Part shown: piece after piece, positions 39,836 to 51,067 of the stretch | Numbering within the stretch: position 1 is the first letter of the stretch | How the letters are laid out: every line of letters starts with the position of its first letter | Source: Thermodesulfovibrionales bacterium | GTDB lineage: Bacteria; Nitrospirota; Thermodesulfovibrionia; Thermodesulfovibrionales; SM23-35 | Direction: 5' to 3' | NCBI GenBank assembly: GCA_963715195.1 | Contig: CAVQRT010000031.1 | Span: 192,001-256,000 of the forward strand | Length of the DNA stretch: 64,000 nucleotides | Made by a program: the position numbers and the translations under genes | Notes under the pieces: generated by a model | Seen by the model: only the letters and a program-made list of their open reading frames with translations | The model's database searches: none | Told to the model about the DNA's origin: nothing

Positions 39836-40104
39836 TTTCTTGACCTCCGTAAAAGCAACATGCATACAACACCAGCAGTAAAGATCACCGTAGTTTCACC
39901 TAATGTATCATAGCCTCTATAGTCAGCAAGCACTGAAGTAACCGCATTGGGAGTTGCTGTTTCCTCGATCGTCTTTTCGAGATATCTAGGGGAAACATGC
40001 GTGTTCGCAGGGGAATTCGGATCTCCCCAATCGGGCATGTCCACTGTGGCATACATGAGCAAGGCTCCTGTTATGAGCACAACAATAAATGCAAAAAACT
40101 TCAA
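39832..40104 (-). CDS. MbhE-like / MrpA C-terminal fragment subunit
   Basis: PNAVTSVLADYRGYDTLGE motif; TTG start 40104 overlaps the previous stop. Confidence 0.85.
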   Translation of the reverse strand: MKFFAFIVVLITGALLMYATVDMPDWGDPNSPANTHVSPRYLEKTIEETATPNAVTSVLADYRGYDTLGETTVIFTAGVVCMLLLRRSRK

Positions 40105-40346
40105 TCCTTTGTCCTCCTCGTAGTGAGGTATATTGCACCGAAAAAGAAGGCCGTACTGATACCTGCCCCAACAGCAGCTTCGGTAAAGGCAACATCCACC
40201 GCGCCCATTTCTGTCCAGAGAAGGCACATTAAGAAACTATATGCACCGAGAAGCACAGCTGAACTGAGAAGATCCTTAACTGTAATAGCTGCTAAAGCAC
40301 AGAGTACCACGAGAAAAAGGATAATAATATCCAACTGCCAAATCAT
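40101..40346 (-). CDS. DUF4040/MbhD-like Mrp subunit
   Basis: AVDVAFTEAAVGAG motif. Confidence 0.88.
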   Translation of the reverse strand: MIWQLDIIILFLVVLCALAAITVKDLLSSAVLLGAYSFLMCLLWTEMGAVDVAFTEAAVGAGISTAFFFGAIYLTTRRTKD

Positions 40347-40669
40347 TTAGATGAGTCCTCCTTTGTCCATGGCTTTACATCACAGTCCAAGCCTGCTTTA
40401 GTAATGGCATGGGTGGCAGTAGGGTTGGCCACGAAAATAAAAATTGCAATAAACATTAACTTAATGCTCACGAGGATGGTATCCAATGAAATTTCGTAAA
40501 GCAGGTTGAAAAGTGCCAGACCGATAAATGACAAGAAAGCTCCAAGGGTATCGCCCTTGCCAGTAGCATGCATCCTTGTATAGAAATCAGGAAACCGTAA
40601 AAGTCCAAGAGTTGCAGTTCCGAAGAAAAATGTTCCTGTAATGATAAAAATTATAGCTATTATATCCAC
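40343..40669 (-). CDS. mrpG: MrpG subunit
   Basis: GLLRFPDFYTRMHA, NPTATHAI. Confidence 0.93.
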   Translation of the reverse strand: MDIIAIIFIITGTFFFGTATLGLLRFPDFYTRMHATGKGDTLGAFLSFIGLALFNLLYEISLDTILVSIKLMFIAIFIFVANPTATHAITKAGLDCDVKPWTKEDSSK

Positions 40670-40978
40670 CTATTTAGTTACTTCCCTCTCTTTATAATAT
40701 TTTGCCCCTGGGGCAATACTCCTCCGTTTACGAAAGAATTTTGATGCAGCCATGGTCGCAATAAAATTTAATAAAGCATACGCAAGGGCAATATCCACAA
40801 ACATATCTACCCTCTTATAAATAAGACCAATAAGAATTAGGATAACCGTCGTCTTGGTGCCGATGACGCTGACACTTATTATCCTATCTAAAACTGTTGG
40901 CCCGAATATACCTCGATAGAGACAGAGCAGAGCCAGACAACCCAATATCAGACTAATAAGTAGAAAGAAGTTTTCCAC
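40670..40978 (-). CDS. mrpF: MrpF subunit
   Basis: GPTVLDRI, DIALAYALLNFI. Confidence 0.93.
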   Translation of the reverse strand: MENFFLLISLILGCLALLCLYRGIFGPTVLDRIISVSVIGTKTTVILILIGLIYKRVDMFVDIALAYALLNFIATMAASKFFRKRRSIAPGAKYYKEREVTK

Positions 40979-40979
40979 C

Positions 40980-41459
40980 TTAATCCTCCATGAATACGTG
41001 GGCTACTCTATTTTCCATTTCACCACTCAAAAGGTCATCTGCTACCTTCTTACTCAGAGCATGAACATAGAATTCCCCTTCCTGAATATCTGCTGAAATA
41101 GTGCCAGGTGTAAGAGTAATAGAATTAGCAAAAGCTACCACTGAAATATCCTTTTTCAATTTTGTCTTAAACTTAATTATCTTAGGATCTATTGGCATCT
41201 TCGGATTCAAGACCAATGACGCAACATGTATGTTTGCTAATACTATCTGATAAAGGAGCCAAGGTATATATTTAAATAACCTTATAACCTCTGTAATATC
41301 TCTAGAAGAAAATTTCTTGCGTGTGAACAAAAGATCATGAGAAATATATGTTACAAGGCTGCATGAGATGAATCCTAAGGAAAGGTGGAATGCGTCAAAT
41401 TTACCTGACCAAATCATCCAATGAAGATATAATATGATAAATGTTATGATATACTTCAT
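40980..41459 (-). CDS. mrpE: MrpE subunit
   Basis: ANIHVA, ANSITLTPGT, VHAL. Confidence 0.93.
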   Translation of the reverse strand: MKYIITFIILYLHWMIWSGKFDAFHLSLGFISCSLVTYISHDLLFTRKKFSSRDITEVIRLFKYIPWLLYQIVLANIHVASLVLNPKMPIDPKIIKFKTKLKKDISVVAFANSITLTPGTISADIQEGEFYVHALSKKVADDLLSGEMENRVAHVFMED

Positions 41460-41503
41460 TTATCTCTGGCCTTTCAGCTTTATCCTGTCTTTAATGTTTC
41501 AAG

Positions 41504-41532
41504 AATGTACATAATTTGTAGAAAATTATCAA
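41504..41532 (-). promoter_or_regulatory. Possible internal sigma70 promoter for mrpE
   Basis: TTGATA-17-TACATT. Confidence 0.45.
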
Positions 41533-41558
41533 TAAAAAAATACTTACAAACCACCAGT

Positions 41559-42272
41559 TTAAGTAGTTATATTTTTTCTCTTACCGTTAACGACAGTGTA
41601 CGTTACTGAAGGCCATACATAATTTCCCTCGGGCCCGTGTATCTGTATGCCGGTGATAAACGCATAATCACTGTGTTTGGTATTGACGGTCCCGCCGAGA
41701 GCACTCTCAAAGTCTTCTTTGATCGTCTTCAGGGTTATCTTTGTCAGTTCCATGAGGTCGGGGATATGTCCGTACGGCATCTCTCGCAGGAGCCTAGTCC
41801 TGATCAGACTCAGTTCGACATCCTCATTGTCCATTGAGAGATTCGGTTTTCTGCTTTTCAATTCCCCAAGAAAGACATTCAGTGCTCCGCACGCATTTGA
41901 TGCCTCGGTTCTGCCTACCCTTTTACATACCCCTAACTGGCCCTTCGGTCCGATTGCTATATGAGGCAGGGCATAGAATACATACCGTTCCTTGCCCTTC
42001 ACAATCGGCGCATGATGCATAGCCGCTTTTAAAGCTGTTTTCCCCGCAAAAAACATTGCTGCGAGGCTGCAGAGGTTGAACGCCTCCCCCCAGTGCTCTC
42101 TAATGAGCGCAACCAATGGCTGTGAAATCTCGTCCCTGCAAACATCGACAGCGGCTATGGTATTGTCGGCATCAAACCCTGATTTGTTCAGAATCTTGTA
42201 AGTCTTCTCCACGAAATCAGATTCGGTATACACCTTTGCGAAATATGTTTTTAGAATATCTTCAAATCCCAT
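41559..42272 (-). CDS. LCIB/LCIC-family (theta-class) carbonic anhydrase-like protein
   Basis: VCRDEI...WGEAF.L.SLA...GKT...AAMHHAP...RYVF...PHIAI...G...R...S.ACGAL; Cys/His/Cys zinc ligands present. Confidence 0.85.
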   Translation of the reverse strand: MGFEDILKTYFAKVYTESDFVEKTYKILNKSGFDADNTIAAVDVCRDEISQPLVALIREHWGEAFNLCSLAAMFFAGKTALKAAMHHAPIVKGKERYVFYALPHIAIGPKGQLGVCKRVGRTEASNACGALNVFLGELKSRKPNLSMDNEDVELSLIRTRLLREMPYGHIPDLMELTKITLKTIKEDFESALGGTVNTKHSDYAFITGIQIHGPEGNYVWPSVTYTVVNGKRKNITT

Positions 42273-42396
42273 ACATCCTCCCTAAATTTATGTTTAAAAG
42301 TTAAATGCTCCATTGTTTAACAGTTCTTTACGAAATAGCCTTAAGCCGCTAAACCATTCCATTGAACTTTTAACCCATTGAACATTCAACCTTTTT

Positions 42397-43914
42397 TTAT
42401 TTCAACGTCACCGGCATTCCCAAAAGCGGCCATATGATAGCTGCGCAGAGACCAGTAACAGCCATTAAAATAATACTGGCTGGTATTCCTGCAACAAAAA
42501 ACTGCGCAACTGAAAATTGTTTTGATTCATATGCGATAGCATTCGGCGCTGCACCAACCAGAAGGAGAAATGGCATGCCTGCTACGACCAGTGATGAAAA
42601 GAGAACCACTTCGCCCGAAACACCGAGGTACGGAGCAATAACAAGTGCAACGGGCAGTGAAATAGCAATTGCAGCCACGTTCATGATGAAATTGGTCATT
42701 ATCATGACGAAGAAGGATATAGCTAAGACAAAGATAAACCAGTTAGCCTCCTGGAACATAACAAGCCAGTTTATGGCCATCCATTTTGCAGCACCTGTAT
42801 CCCACAGGCAGAATCCAATGCTCATAGCTCCCCCGAAGAGAAGAATGATATTCCACGGGATTTCCTCAAGGTCCTTGATCGTGAGGATCTTGGTCAAGAA
42901 AAAGATTATTGTTGCAATAAGGACAATCGCCGATTTGTTGAATGGTTTCAGAGCAGGGACAAAAGACTGTAATGATAGAAAAATTATTATACAAAGAACA
43001 ACAATACCGGCGAAGATTTCCTTTCCCGTTATCCCGCCCATTTGCTTATAAAGGTCCTTTGCCTTTTGCCTGAGTCCCGGAATAGTCTTTTTTTCCGGTT
43101 TAAACCAGATCAATATGAATAACCAGAGGAGGAAGGTCATGATCCAACCAGGCAAAAACATGTATTTAGTGAGTTGAAAGAATGTTATATTCTGGTGCAT
43201 TATATCGTTGTAAAACCCTATAGCGACAGCGCCTCGTGCAGCACCGAGAAGGGTGACAATACTTCCTGCACCCGCAACAAATGCCATTCCGATAAAGAGT
43301 CCCTTCCCGAATTTTGTTGGCTTATCTCCCTCACCATACAGTGAGTAGATTGCGAGAAGGAGAGGGTATACCGTCGCTGCAACCGCAGTATGTGCCATAA
43401 CGTGTGTGAGAGCGGCCGTCAAAACAAAAACACCGAGATAAATCATACTCGTCTTCTCGCCTATTACTGTAAGCATTTTGTATGCAAGGCGCTTTGTAAG
43501 CCCTGTCCTTGTAAAGACCATACCGATGACTATGGAACCGAAAATGAACCAGACTGACGGATCCATGAAGCTTCTGAAGGCTTCTTTGGCAGGTCTGATG
43601 AAAAACATGGCCTGAAATACTCCAATGGTAATACTTGTTACTCCAATGGGAACAACCTCAAATACCCACCAGGTGCCTGCAAGAAGAAAGAGCGCTATCG
43701 CTGCTTTCCCCTCTTTGCTGAGTGGGAAATGCTCTCCCAATGGGTCAACGGCATCAGGGAGAGCGGGCATGTAGTTAAAAACAATAAAGAAGGTTAGTCC
43801 GAGTAAGACAAAAAATATCCTTTTCCAGTCAATCCTCGATTTCGGCTTCGCGACAGTAATTTCAGATGGTGGCTCAGGTAGCCCTTCTGTTTGCTTTCTC
43901 TCTTTTGCTGTCAT
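42397..43914 (-). CDS. SLC13/DASS anion:sodium symporter (copy 1)
   Basis: Same motifs and same 505-aa length as 26983-28500. Confidence 0.92.
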   Translation of the reverse strand: MTAKERKQTEGLPEPPSEITVAKPKSRIDWKRIFFVLLGLTFFIVFNYMPALPDAVDPLGEHFPLSKEGKAAIALFLLAGTWWVFEVVPIGVTSITIGVFQAMFFIRPAKEAFRSFMDPSVWFIFGSIVIGMVFTRTGLTKRLAYKMLTVIGEKTSMIYLGVFVLTAALTHVMAHTAVAATVYPLLLAIYSLYGEGDKPTKFGKGLFIGMAFVAGAGSIVTLLGAARGAVAIGFYNDIMHQNITFFQLTKYMFLPGWIMTFLLWLFILIWFKPEKKTIPGLRQKAKDLYKQMGGITGKEIFAGIVVLCIIIFLSLQSFVPALKPFNKSAIVLIATIIFFLTKILTIKDLEEIPWNIILLFGGAMSIGFCLWDTGAAKWMAINWLVMFQEANWFIFVLAISFFVMIMTNFIMNVAAIAISLPVALVIAPYLGVSGEVVLFSSLVVAGMPFLLLVGAAPNAIAYESKQFSVAQFFVAGIPASIILMAVTGLCAAIIWPLLGMPVTLK

Positions 43915-43924
43915 CCTCGCCCTC

Positions 43925-44446
43925 CTATTCCTTTACAACCGCGTTGGATATTTCATCAAATATTTCGATCATCCTGACGATACCGACAAACTTCTTCTTG
44001 TTCTCAAGAACGGGAAGAAGCACCAGATCGTGGTGAATCATGAGATAAGCAGCCTTTGTAATAGGGTCATCCGGTTCAACGAAGTACCTGGCAGGTATCA
44101 TGATTTCACTCACGGGTTTTTCCGCAAGCTCTTTTGCATCCTTATCAAAAAGCTTGTCCCATATGAGGGACAGATGTGATTCATTCTCCTCAGGGACCTG
44201 GGCTTTCGTGGTCGGTTTCAGAAACTTAGGTTCCAGTCCCCTGAGAATATCTTTCATGGTAAGAGTCCCCATGAGATTGTATTTCTCGTCAAATACCAAA
44301 ATTGCAAGAGGATCCGGATATTTCTTAGTACTGATAAAAGATACCTTCACGATCCTAATAGCCTGGCTGATTGAAAACCAGTAGGGCACGTGAGGATACT
44401 CAAAGATGCCGATCATTACATCCTTTGCCACTTTCCCGTCAGACAT
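43925..44446 (-). CDS. CBS-domain protein (copy 1)
   Basis: KDVMI..EYPHV; VSEIMIP..DDPITKAAYLM..LPVLE..VGIVRMIEI. Confidence 0.88.
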   Translation of the reverse strand: MSDGKVAKDVMIGIFEYPHVPYWFSISQAIRIVKVSFISTKKYPDPLAILVFDEKYNLMGTLTMKDILRGLEPKFLKPTTKAQVPEENESHLSLIWDKLFDKDAKELAEKPVSEIMIPARYFVEPDDPITKAAYLMIHHDLVLLPVLENKKKFVGIVRMIEIFDEISNAVVKE

Positions 44447-44532
44447 GTTCCCCTCCTTTTCAATGCTGTTAAACTTTTATGCCTGCAAAATTCAATCAAC
44501 CTAACGGTTCAACGATTGAATGGCTGACCTTA

Positions 44533-45271
44533 TTACACGATTCTGCGTTCAAGCTCCATGAAAAATTTAAATCTGTCAGAGCGGTTCATGAGACGTGCAT
44601 ACGTGACCAGGGTATCTCCTGAATACGCGTGCTGATTCAGGAGAATGGTCAAGGAATCCTCTGCGAGACCAAGAAGCCTCGCTTCGTCTGCATTCAATGG
44701 TGTTACTCCAATATAGTTTTTTATATTGGTGATCTTAATGTTGTATTTCTTATCGAGAAGGTCGAGCAAAGAATGTCCCCCCAGATCTTCTTCTATGAGA
44801 AGCGGACAAAGGTGATACGGGATATAGGATTCCTGAAGAATAACCGGCTCGTTGTCAATTGACCACAGACGTTTTATATATATAAGATGATTGTCCCTCA
44901 GGGATGTTGAATATTTTATTTAGGTCATCGATGGGAATCATGACAGTACGGGCAAGAACTGTTGAGGATAAAGCAGCCCCTTCCTCAATCATTGGTTCCC
45001 TGAAGTTAGTAAACATGGTCAGCCCCTCAGAGACAATTTTTTTGTAGATAAAAGTTCCTTTTCCCTGCTGGCGTTTCAGATATCCTTGCCTGACCAGTTC
45101 AAGGACAGCGGTTCTGACCGTGACTCTGCTAACATCAAACATTTTACAGAGATCTTCTTCAGTCGGTATTTGCGAACCAACCTGCCATTCATTGCTCTCA
45201 ATTTTTTTCTTCAGAATCTCGTAAAGCTGAAGATATAATTTCTGGTGGTCTTCCCTGTTGATTTGTTGCAT
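44533..45271 (-). pseudogene. GntR (HutC/UTRA) regulator (copy 1), one +1 frameshift
   Basis: An extra G in a G-run near 44895; removing it joins 44855-45271 to 44533-44769, collinear with 29051-29788. Confidence 0.85.
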
Positions 45272-45288
45272 GATATTATTAAATACTA

Positions 45289-45350
45289 ACGTTATGACAA
45301 AATTACGTTATGTTGGAAAAAATTATAAAAATATTAAGCGCAGTTGTCAA
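45289..45350 (-). promoter_or_regulatory. Consensus sigma70 promoter of gntR operon with downstream direct repeat
   Basis: TTGACA(45345-50)-17-TATAAT(45322-27); ACGTTATG at 45289 and 45305 (candidate GntR operator). Confidence 0.75.
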
Positions 45351-45389
45351 GAATTTTTTTAGGAATGCATAAAAGGGGTATAATGAGGT

Positions 45390-47960
45390 ATGTTCAGGGT
45401 TTCAGATTTATTTAAGAAAGGTTCTCGGAAAAAGGCCGGCAGCGAGGCTTTCAGAGCAGTCATTAAAGAGAAATACAAGGCATTCCAGAATCTCCTCACT
45501 GCGAATAATCAGGTTCTTGAACTTATGGCTGATATGGAAGAGAAATTTTCGGGTGAATATCTCTTTGATATGATCATATATAAAAACAAATACACGGCTC
45601 ATCAGCTATGAAAGTCCTGAAGATTATCGAAAGTCTGAATGCGCTTTCAGACAGGAGAAATACCGACAATTCTATACAATACATGCTGACATTGAGCGGA
45701 AGATCGAAAAAATTCTTGAATATAAAATGGAGATTCCGGTCAAGTGATCTCACTATTCCCATCGAAAATCTTGGCGGGGAAACAGTGGGAATTGCGGGTG
45801 GAAAGATTACATCATTTAGGGGAAGTGAAGAGCGCTCTCAATCTCCCGGCTCCCGATGGATTTGTTATCAGTGCGTATGCATTTCTTAAATTCATGGACC
45901 ACAACGGCCTTGTTGAAAAGATCAGTGAGAGCATAAAGGATCTGGATATCGAGGATCTAGACATCATTGAATCAGATAAGTGCAGAAATATATGAGATGA
46001 TCATACAATCGAATATTCCTCCTGATCATCAGTGAAGCTATCGACCATGCATACGCAAAGCTGTGCAAAAAAGCCGGTAGAGAAATTAATGGTATCGGTC
46101 AGAAGCAGTGCCATACGTGAAGACAGCGAATTCAGTTTTGCGGGTCAATATGCTACATTTCTGAATGTCCCGGGAGATTCTATTTTGCAGAAATACAAAG
46201 AAGTCGTTGCAAGTCTCTTTACTCCACGTGCGATTTTTTACTTCAAGACAAAGGGTTTTACGGAAACAGAAATGGTCATGGCTGTGGGTGTTCTGAGCAT
46301 GATTGATGCTGCTGCCGGAGGGGTAATGTACTCACGCGATCCAAACGATCCTCATTCGGATCATATCCTCATCAACGCTGTTCATGGTCTCGGGCTATGG
46401 GTGGTGGATGGCTACGGTGACCCCGAATATCTTTACCGTATCAAGGCATCCGACCGGTACAATCATCGAGCGGAAAATATCGAATCAGGAAAAGATGCTT
46501 GTCTGCGATGACGGTGGCGGAATTAAAAATAGAGACGGTTCCAGAGATAAAGAGAGGAAAGCAGTGTATTTCCGATGAACAGATCCAGGCGCTCTCACAC
46601 TATGCCCTTGATTTGGAAAAATACTACGGATTTCCCCAGGACATCGAATGGGCCGTGGGAGGTGATCAGACAATATATCATATTGCAAACCCGACCTCTG
46701 CAAATGCTTACCTCGGGACCGGACTGTCTGCATCCCGACACGATTTGAACAGTACAACATCATTCTGGATAAGGGAGAGATTGCATGTAAGGGAGTGGGA
46801 GTCGGCAATGTTTTCCTCTTAAACGACGACGAAGACTTGAAAAATTTCCCGGAAGGTGCCGTTCTCGTGGCCCATCATACATCACCAAAATTTGTGACAG
46901 TCATGAATAAGGCTGCCGCTATTATTACCGACGTCGGCAGTGTTACCGGTCACATGGCATCTCTGTCACGGGAGAATCAGGTCCCAACGATCCTTGATAC
47001 CGAAGTTGCAACAAGTGTTTTCAGGGACGGCCAGGAGATAACCGTCGATGCAATAAATTGCAATATCTACGAGGGCAGGGTTGATGAACTCATTCAGTTT
47101 GCCAGCACAAAGAAAGAGCCTTTCAAGGGAGACTCATTTATTCAAAACGCTTGAAAAAGTTCTCAAATCAATTGTTCCGCTCAATCTGACAGACCCTGAC
47201 AGTGAATACTTTAAACCGGAGTATTGCAAAACCTACCATGATATAACCCGCTTTGCCCATGAAATGGCAATGCACGAGATGTTCAGCATGGGCGAAGAAG
47301 GAGATATTGAAGATACAGCAAACAATTCGATCTTTCTGCCGGTATCCCCATTAATGTTCATGTAATAAATATCAATGGAGGATTGAAAGAAGGCTTGAAA
47401 AAGGCGACAGCGGAGGATGTACTTTCGATCCCATTTGCTGCGCTCTTAAAGGGGATGAAAAGTATGAAATGGCCGAGGCCTCGTCCGCCGGTTGATGCCA
47501 AGGGATTCATGGGCATGCTCGCGCATTCGGCGTCTGTGCCCGAGGACCAGCTTCAGGAGACGGCGAAGAAGAGCTTTGCTGTTGTTTCAAAAAATTATGT
47601 GAATTTCAGCATTCGGCTTGGTTACCATTTTTCCTTGATCGAGGCGTATGCAGGAGAAAACATTAATGACAACTATATTAAAGTTTTTCTTCAAAGGTGG
47701 AGGCGCTGCTCTCGACAGGAGATTACGACGAGTCAGGCTTATTCAGGAAATCCTCAAAGCGATGGGATTCCGGATCTACGGTCAAAGAAGATGTCATGAA
47801 TGCTCTTCTCACTAAATATAAGCAGCCCTCCATAGAAGAAAAATTGGTTATTTTAGGTAAACTGACTGCCTATACCAAACAACTTGATATGGCCATGTTT
47901 AATGATGCGGTTACCGATATGTATATAGACCAGTTTATCAAAGCGCATATACAGAAGTAA
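45390..47960 (+). pseudogene. PEP/pyruvate-binding (PEP-synthase-like) enzyme with phospho-His domain; many frameshifts
   Basis: Collinear fragments: GGK..LGE, VRSSAIRED..SFAGQY, PQDIEWA, TDVGSVTGHMASLSRE, CKTYHDITRFAHE, RLGYHF, TKQLDM. Confidence 0.85.
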
Positions 47961-47993
47961 TCTATTTCCCTGAATCCCTAAATCCTTGGTCCC

Positions 47994-48407
47994 TTATTCT
48001 TTTTTCAGTTGCTCCCTCAGCATTTTATTCTCTCTCTGAACTGTGAGCCATTTTAATGCCTTTTCAATCGTGAAGAGAATCTGTTCCTTTCGGAATGGTT
48101 TTGTAATAAAGTCAAAGCCGCCCTTCTGGATCGCCTCGGAGGCAGATTCAACAGAGGCAAAAGCCGTTATGATAATAACCGGGATGTCTTCGTCAATCTT
48201 CTTGACGGCATCGATTATTTCCATCCCGTTGAGTCCAGGCATCTTCAGGTCGGATATAACAAGGTCAAACCCGCCCTGTTTCGCAAGTTCTATCGCTTCT
48301 ACCGGATTATTTGTTGTCGTAATATCGTATGCGGTTTTCTCCCGCAAAATCATACTGAGGAGTTTCAACATATCAGGTTCGTCATCAATAATAAGTATTT
48401 TTGCCAT
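47994..48407 (-). CDS. Single-domain response regulator receiver
   Basis: ILIIDDE, SDLKMPG, ITAF, FITKPF; no output domain. Confidence 0.9.
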   Translation of the reverse strand: MAKILIIDDEPDMLKLLSMILREKTAYDITTTNNPVEAIELAKQGGFDLVISDLKMPGLNGMEIIDAVKKIDEDIPVIIITAFASVESASEAIQKGGFDFITKPFRKEQILFTIEKALKWLTVQRENKMLREQLKKE

Positions 48408-48418
48408 GATATCCTCCA

Positions 48419-50666
48419 TTATTTCGTTTCAACCTGTTCACCGCGTGCTGCCGGGAACGCTATTATGAATGTAGTCCCCGTTTCCTCTGACTCTTCTTTT
48501 GTCTTGGTTTCAAAAGTGATTGCCCCTCCGTGTTTTATTACGATACCATAAGAAACGGAAAGACCGAGACCGGTACCTTTCCCAACCTCTTTTGTGGTGA
48601 AGAGCGGATCAAAAATTCTGTTGCGATGTTCCTTTTTTATCCCATGTCCTGTATCTGCGAAACTGATCTTAACGGTATCATTATTGAATGACATGGTCGT
48701 AATGGTTAACACTCCGCCTCCCTGCATAGCATGAATGGCATTATTCATGATATTAATAAAGACTTGCTGCAACTCTGCCGAATCGACCTTGACTGTCGGC
48801 AGGTTTTCCTTCAGCTGTTTCTTCACCGATATCTTGTTTACAAGTAATGTATTATTCATCACTGCCAGCACTGTCTCGATATTTTTGTTGATATCAATAA
48901 ACTCCTCTTTATGCTCTTTGTGTCTGGCAAAGTTCAGGAGATTCTCTACCACCCTCTTGGCATTGAGCCCCTGTCTCTCAATGGTTTTCAAGAGATCGTA
49001 TTCTTGTGAATCAGGGGGGGCCTTCTCAAGGAGAAGCTCAGTGAATCCAAGAATAACGCCGAGAGGGTTGTTGATTTCATGTGCTACGCCAGCAGCCAGA
49101 GTGCCCATCGAGGCAAGTTTTTCTGTGTAATAACTATGTTCCTCAATTTTTCTTCGTTCCGTGATGTCCCTTGAAATTCCGAGTATCGCGTAGATATTTC
49201 CTGCTTCATCAAAGAGCCTTCTGAGGTGAGTGCTAAACCAGCACTGACGCTCTCCGATTACGACAAGATGAGTCATCTGCTGGCTTTCCTTTGTATCAAA
49301 TACCTTCTGAATCGTCAGAAGAAATGTTTTGGCACTCGGCCTTGAGAGTATTTCTGACAGGTTATGTCCGACGATATCCTCTCCGGTTTTTTCGAAAAAC
49401 TTGGCTCCATACTTATTAATTGATAAAAAGTTACCGCTGTAGTCCACGGAGAAGATGATATCCTCGGCATTTTCCACCAGTGATTTATATTTTTGTTCCG
49501 ACTTTTTGAGTTCCGCTGTTTTTCTCGTAACCTCCTGCTCTAAGATATTCGACCAGCTGAGAATCATAAAGTTGATAAATAGTCCGCCGAATAAAATGAG
49601 AAAAATTATCAGACCCTGAAGAATGAACTGCTGAACGTGAATTGAGTGAATTGCTTTTTCTACCTCTGTTGTTGGTGCCACAACAGCAACTGACCACATG
49701 CGGTTATTAGGATCACTTCTCAAATGAATAGGGGTATAAGCAATGAATTTCTTAATTTCTCCTTCGATACCTCTGTGCCATCCCGAAACATACCAGCTTG
49801 TACCCTCCTCACCTTTCAACATCTTGTCTTTTTGAATCTCATTAATTCTTGCGAAAAGAGATCGTTGGCTTTTTCCCTTTACGGGCTTCAAAAGCATTCT
49901 GTCCAACAAAGTTTTGCTCCTGGTGATACAGGAACATACCATTCTCATCTATGATCCATGCATATCCTGTTTTCCCTGATCGGATATCTTTGGCGATACC
50001 TTTAATGAGACGGCTTGCATCAATAACAAAGATCAACACCCCCGAAAATTTGTTTGTGGCAACAGGATGAGCATCATCGGAAGAAACCTGCCAGACAGGT
50101 ATCATTATTTTCATTTGAGGTTGTGTGGGTTGATCGCCGAAAGATCCGAGAAAAACGCTCGTCATGCGGATATGGCCTTTCTGATCGTCTTTCATTGCCC
50201 ATTCAAGGAAAGAAATATCTGCGGGATGTGGTTTTTCAGAAATGCATGAGTGGTTTTCAGTGACGTGATACATCCTCAGACGTTTTTGCTGGATAAACTG
50301 TATTTCTAATGTACCTTGATGTTGTATGCTCGAAAAGGTAATTTCCATTCTATTTCTGAGGGCGGGCAATTCTGAATATTGAATCGACGGGGATAAACTC
50401 AGGAGCTGAATTTCCCTTTTGAGCGAATCAAGGCTGTTCTCTATCTGGTATGCGACATGCTGGGCAAGGACAAGTTGCTGTTGGTTAAAATCTTCTGTAA
50501 CGGTTTCTCGTATCCTCTTAGAAGACATCCAGCCGAGGATGAGAACAGTGCCCAATAAGAGGGTCATCATGATGCCGATAAAAGCCTTAAAATATTTGAA
50601 ATTGAAAGGGTGGTATTTTTCAATTAAAGAGATTAAAGCTCGTTTCAGATCAAAAGGAAACGACAT
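48419..50666 (-). pseudogene. Cache-PAS-HisKA sensor kinase, one +1 frameshift
   Basis: TM, SGKTGYAWIID (Cache), TM, PAS, GVAHEINNPL, GKGTGLGL; an extra T near 49855 breaks ISFARINEIQ. Confidence 0.88.
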
Positions 50667-51067
50667 TTTTTTGCCTGGTAATACTATTAAAGATAGTTAT
50701 ACTATTTTGAAATTACAATAACATATTTAAGTAAAAAGCTATCCTTCTTTTCGATAGGTATATCCGCAGACAATTAAGTTCTCACTATAAAGTTTCGGCT
50801 AAACAATAAAGTGCTTACTTTTTCAGCGAAAAGTCTGTTACTCACTTAATGGACAGGCAAAGAGTCTACATAAAGTTGCAACCTATAGTGGGGGGATATC
50901 TCGTTCCTCTTTTTAGATAGATGGTCTTGTAAATGGTCTTGTTCTCGCTCTGCTCGCCTTTTTTTAAGAGAGAGTTATAATTTTTCCACTTCTTCTTTTC
51001 ATTCCTCTGGGAATTTAATCAAAGAATTCCTCGATGCTCTGCATCGGAGGCAATATTTCCGCTATTC

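Noticed and set aside
33728..41459. Membrane-bound hydrogenase or complex I
   Set aside because: No NiFe large/small subunit or NuoB/C/D/I genes adjacent
41508..41521. Nitrogen enhancer-like TACA-N5-TGTAG before mrpE
   Set aside because: Spacing is N5 rather than N4, single copy, and no sigma54 box nearby
42300..42392. Degenerate 7-9-bp periodic tracts (also about 4375-4405, 44490-44521, 47966-47987, 61274-61290)
   Set aside because: Too short and degenerate to support a function; may be scars of simple repeats
45390..47960. Programmed frameshifting or phase variation
   Set aside because: Too many breaks, no consistent slippery motif, and the pattern fits insertion errors
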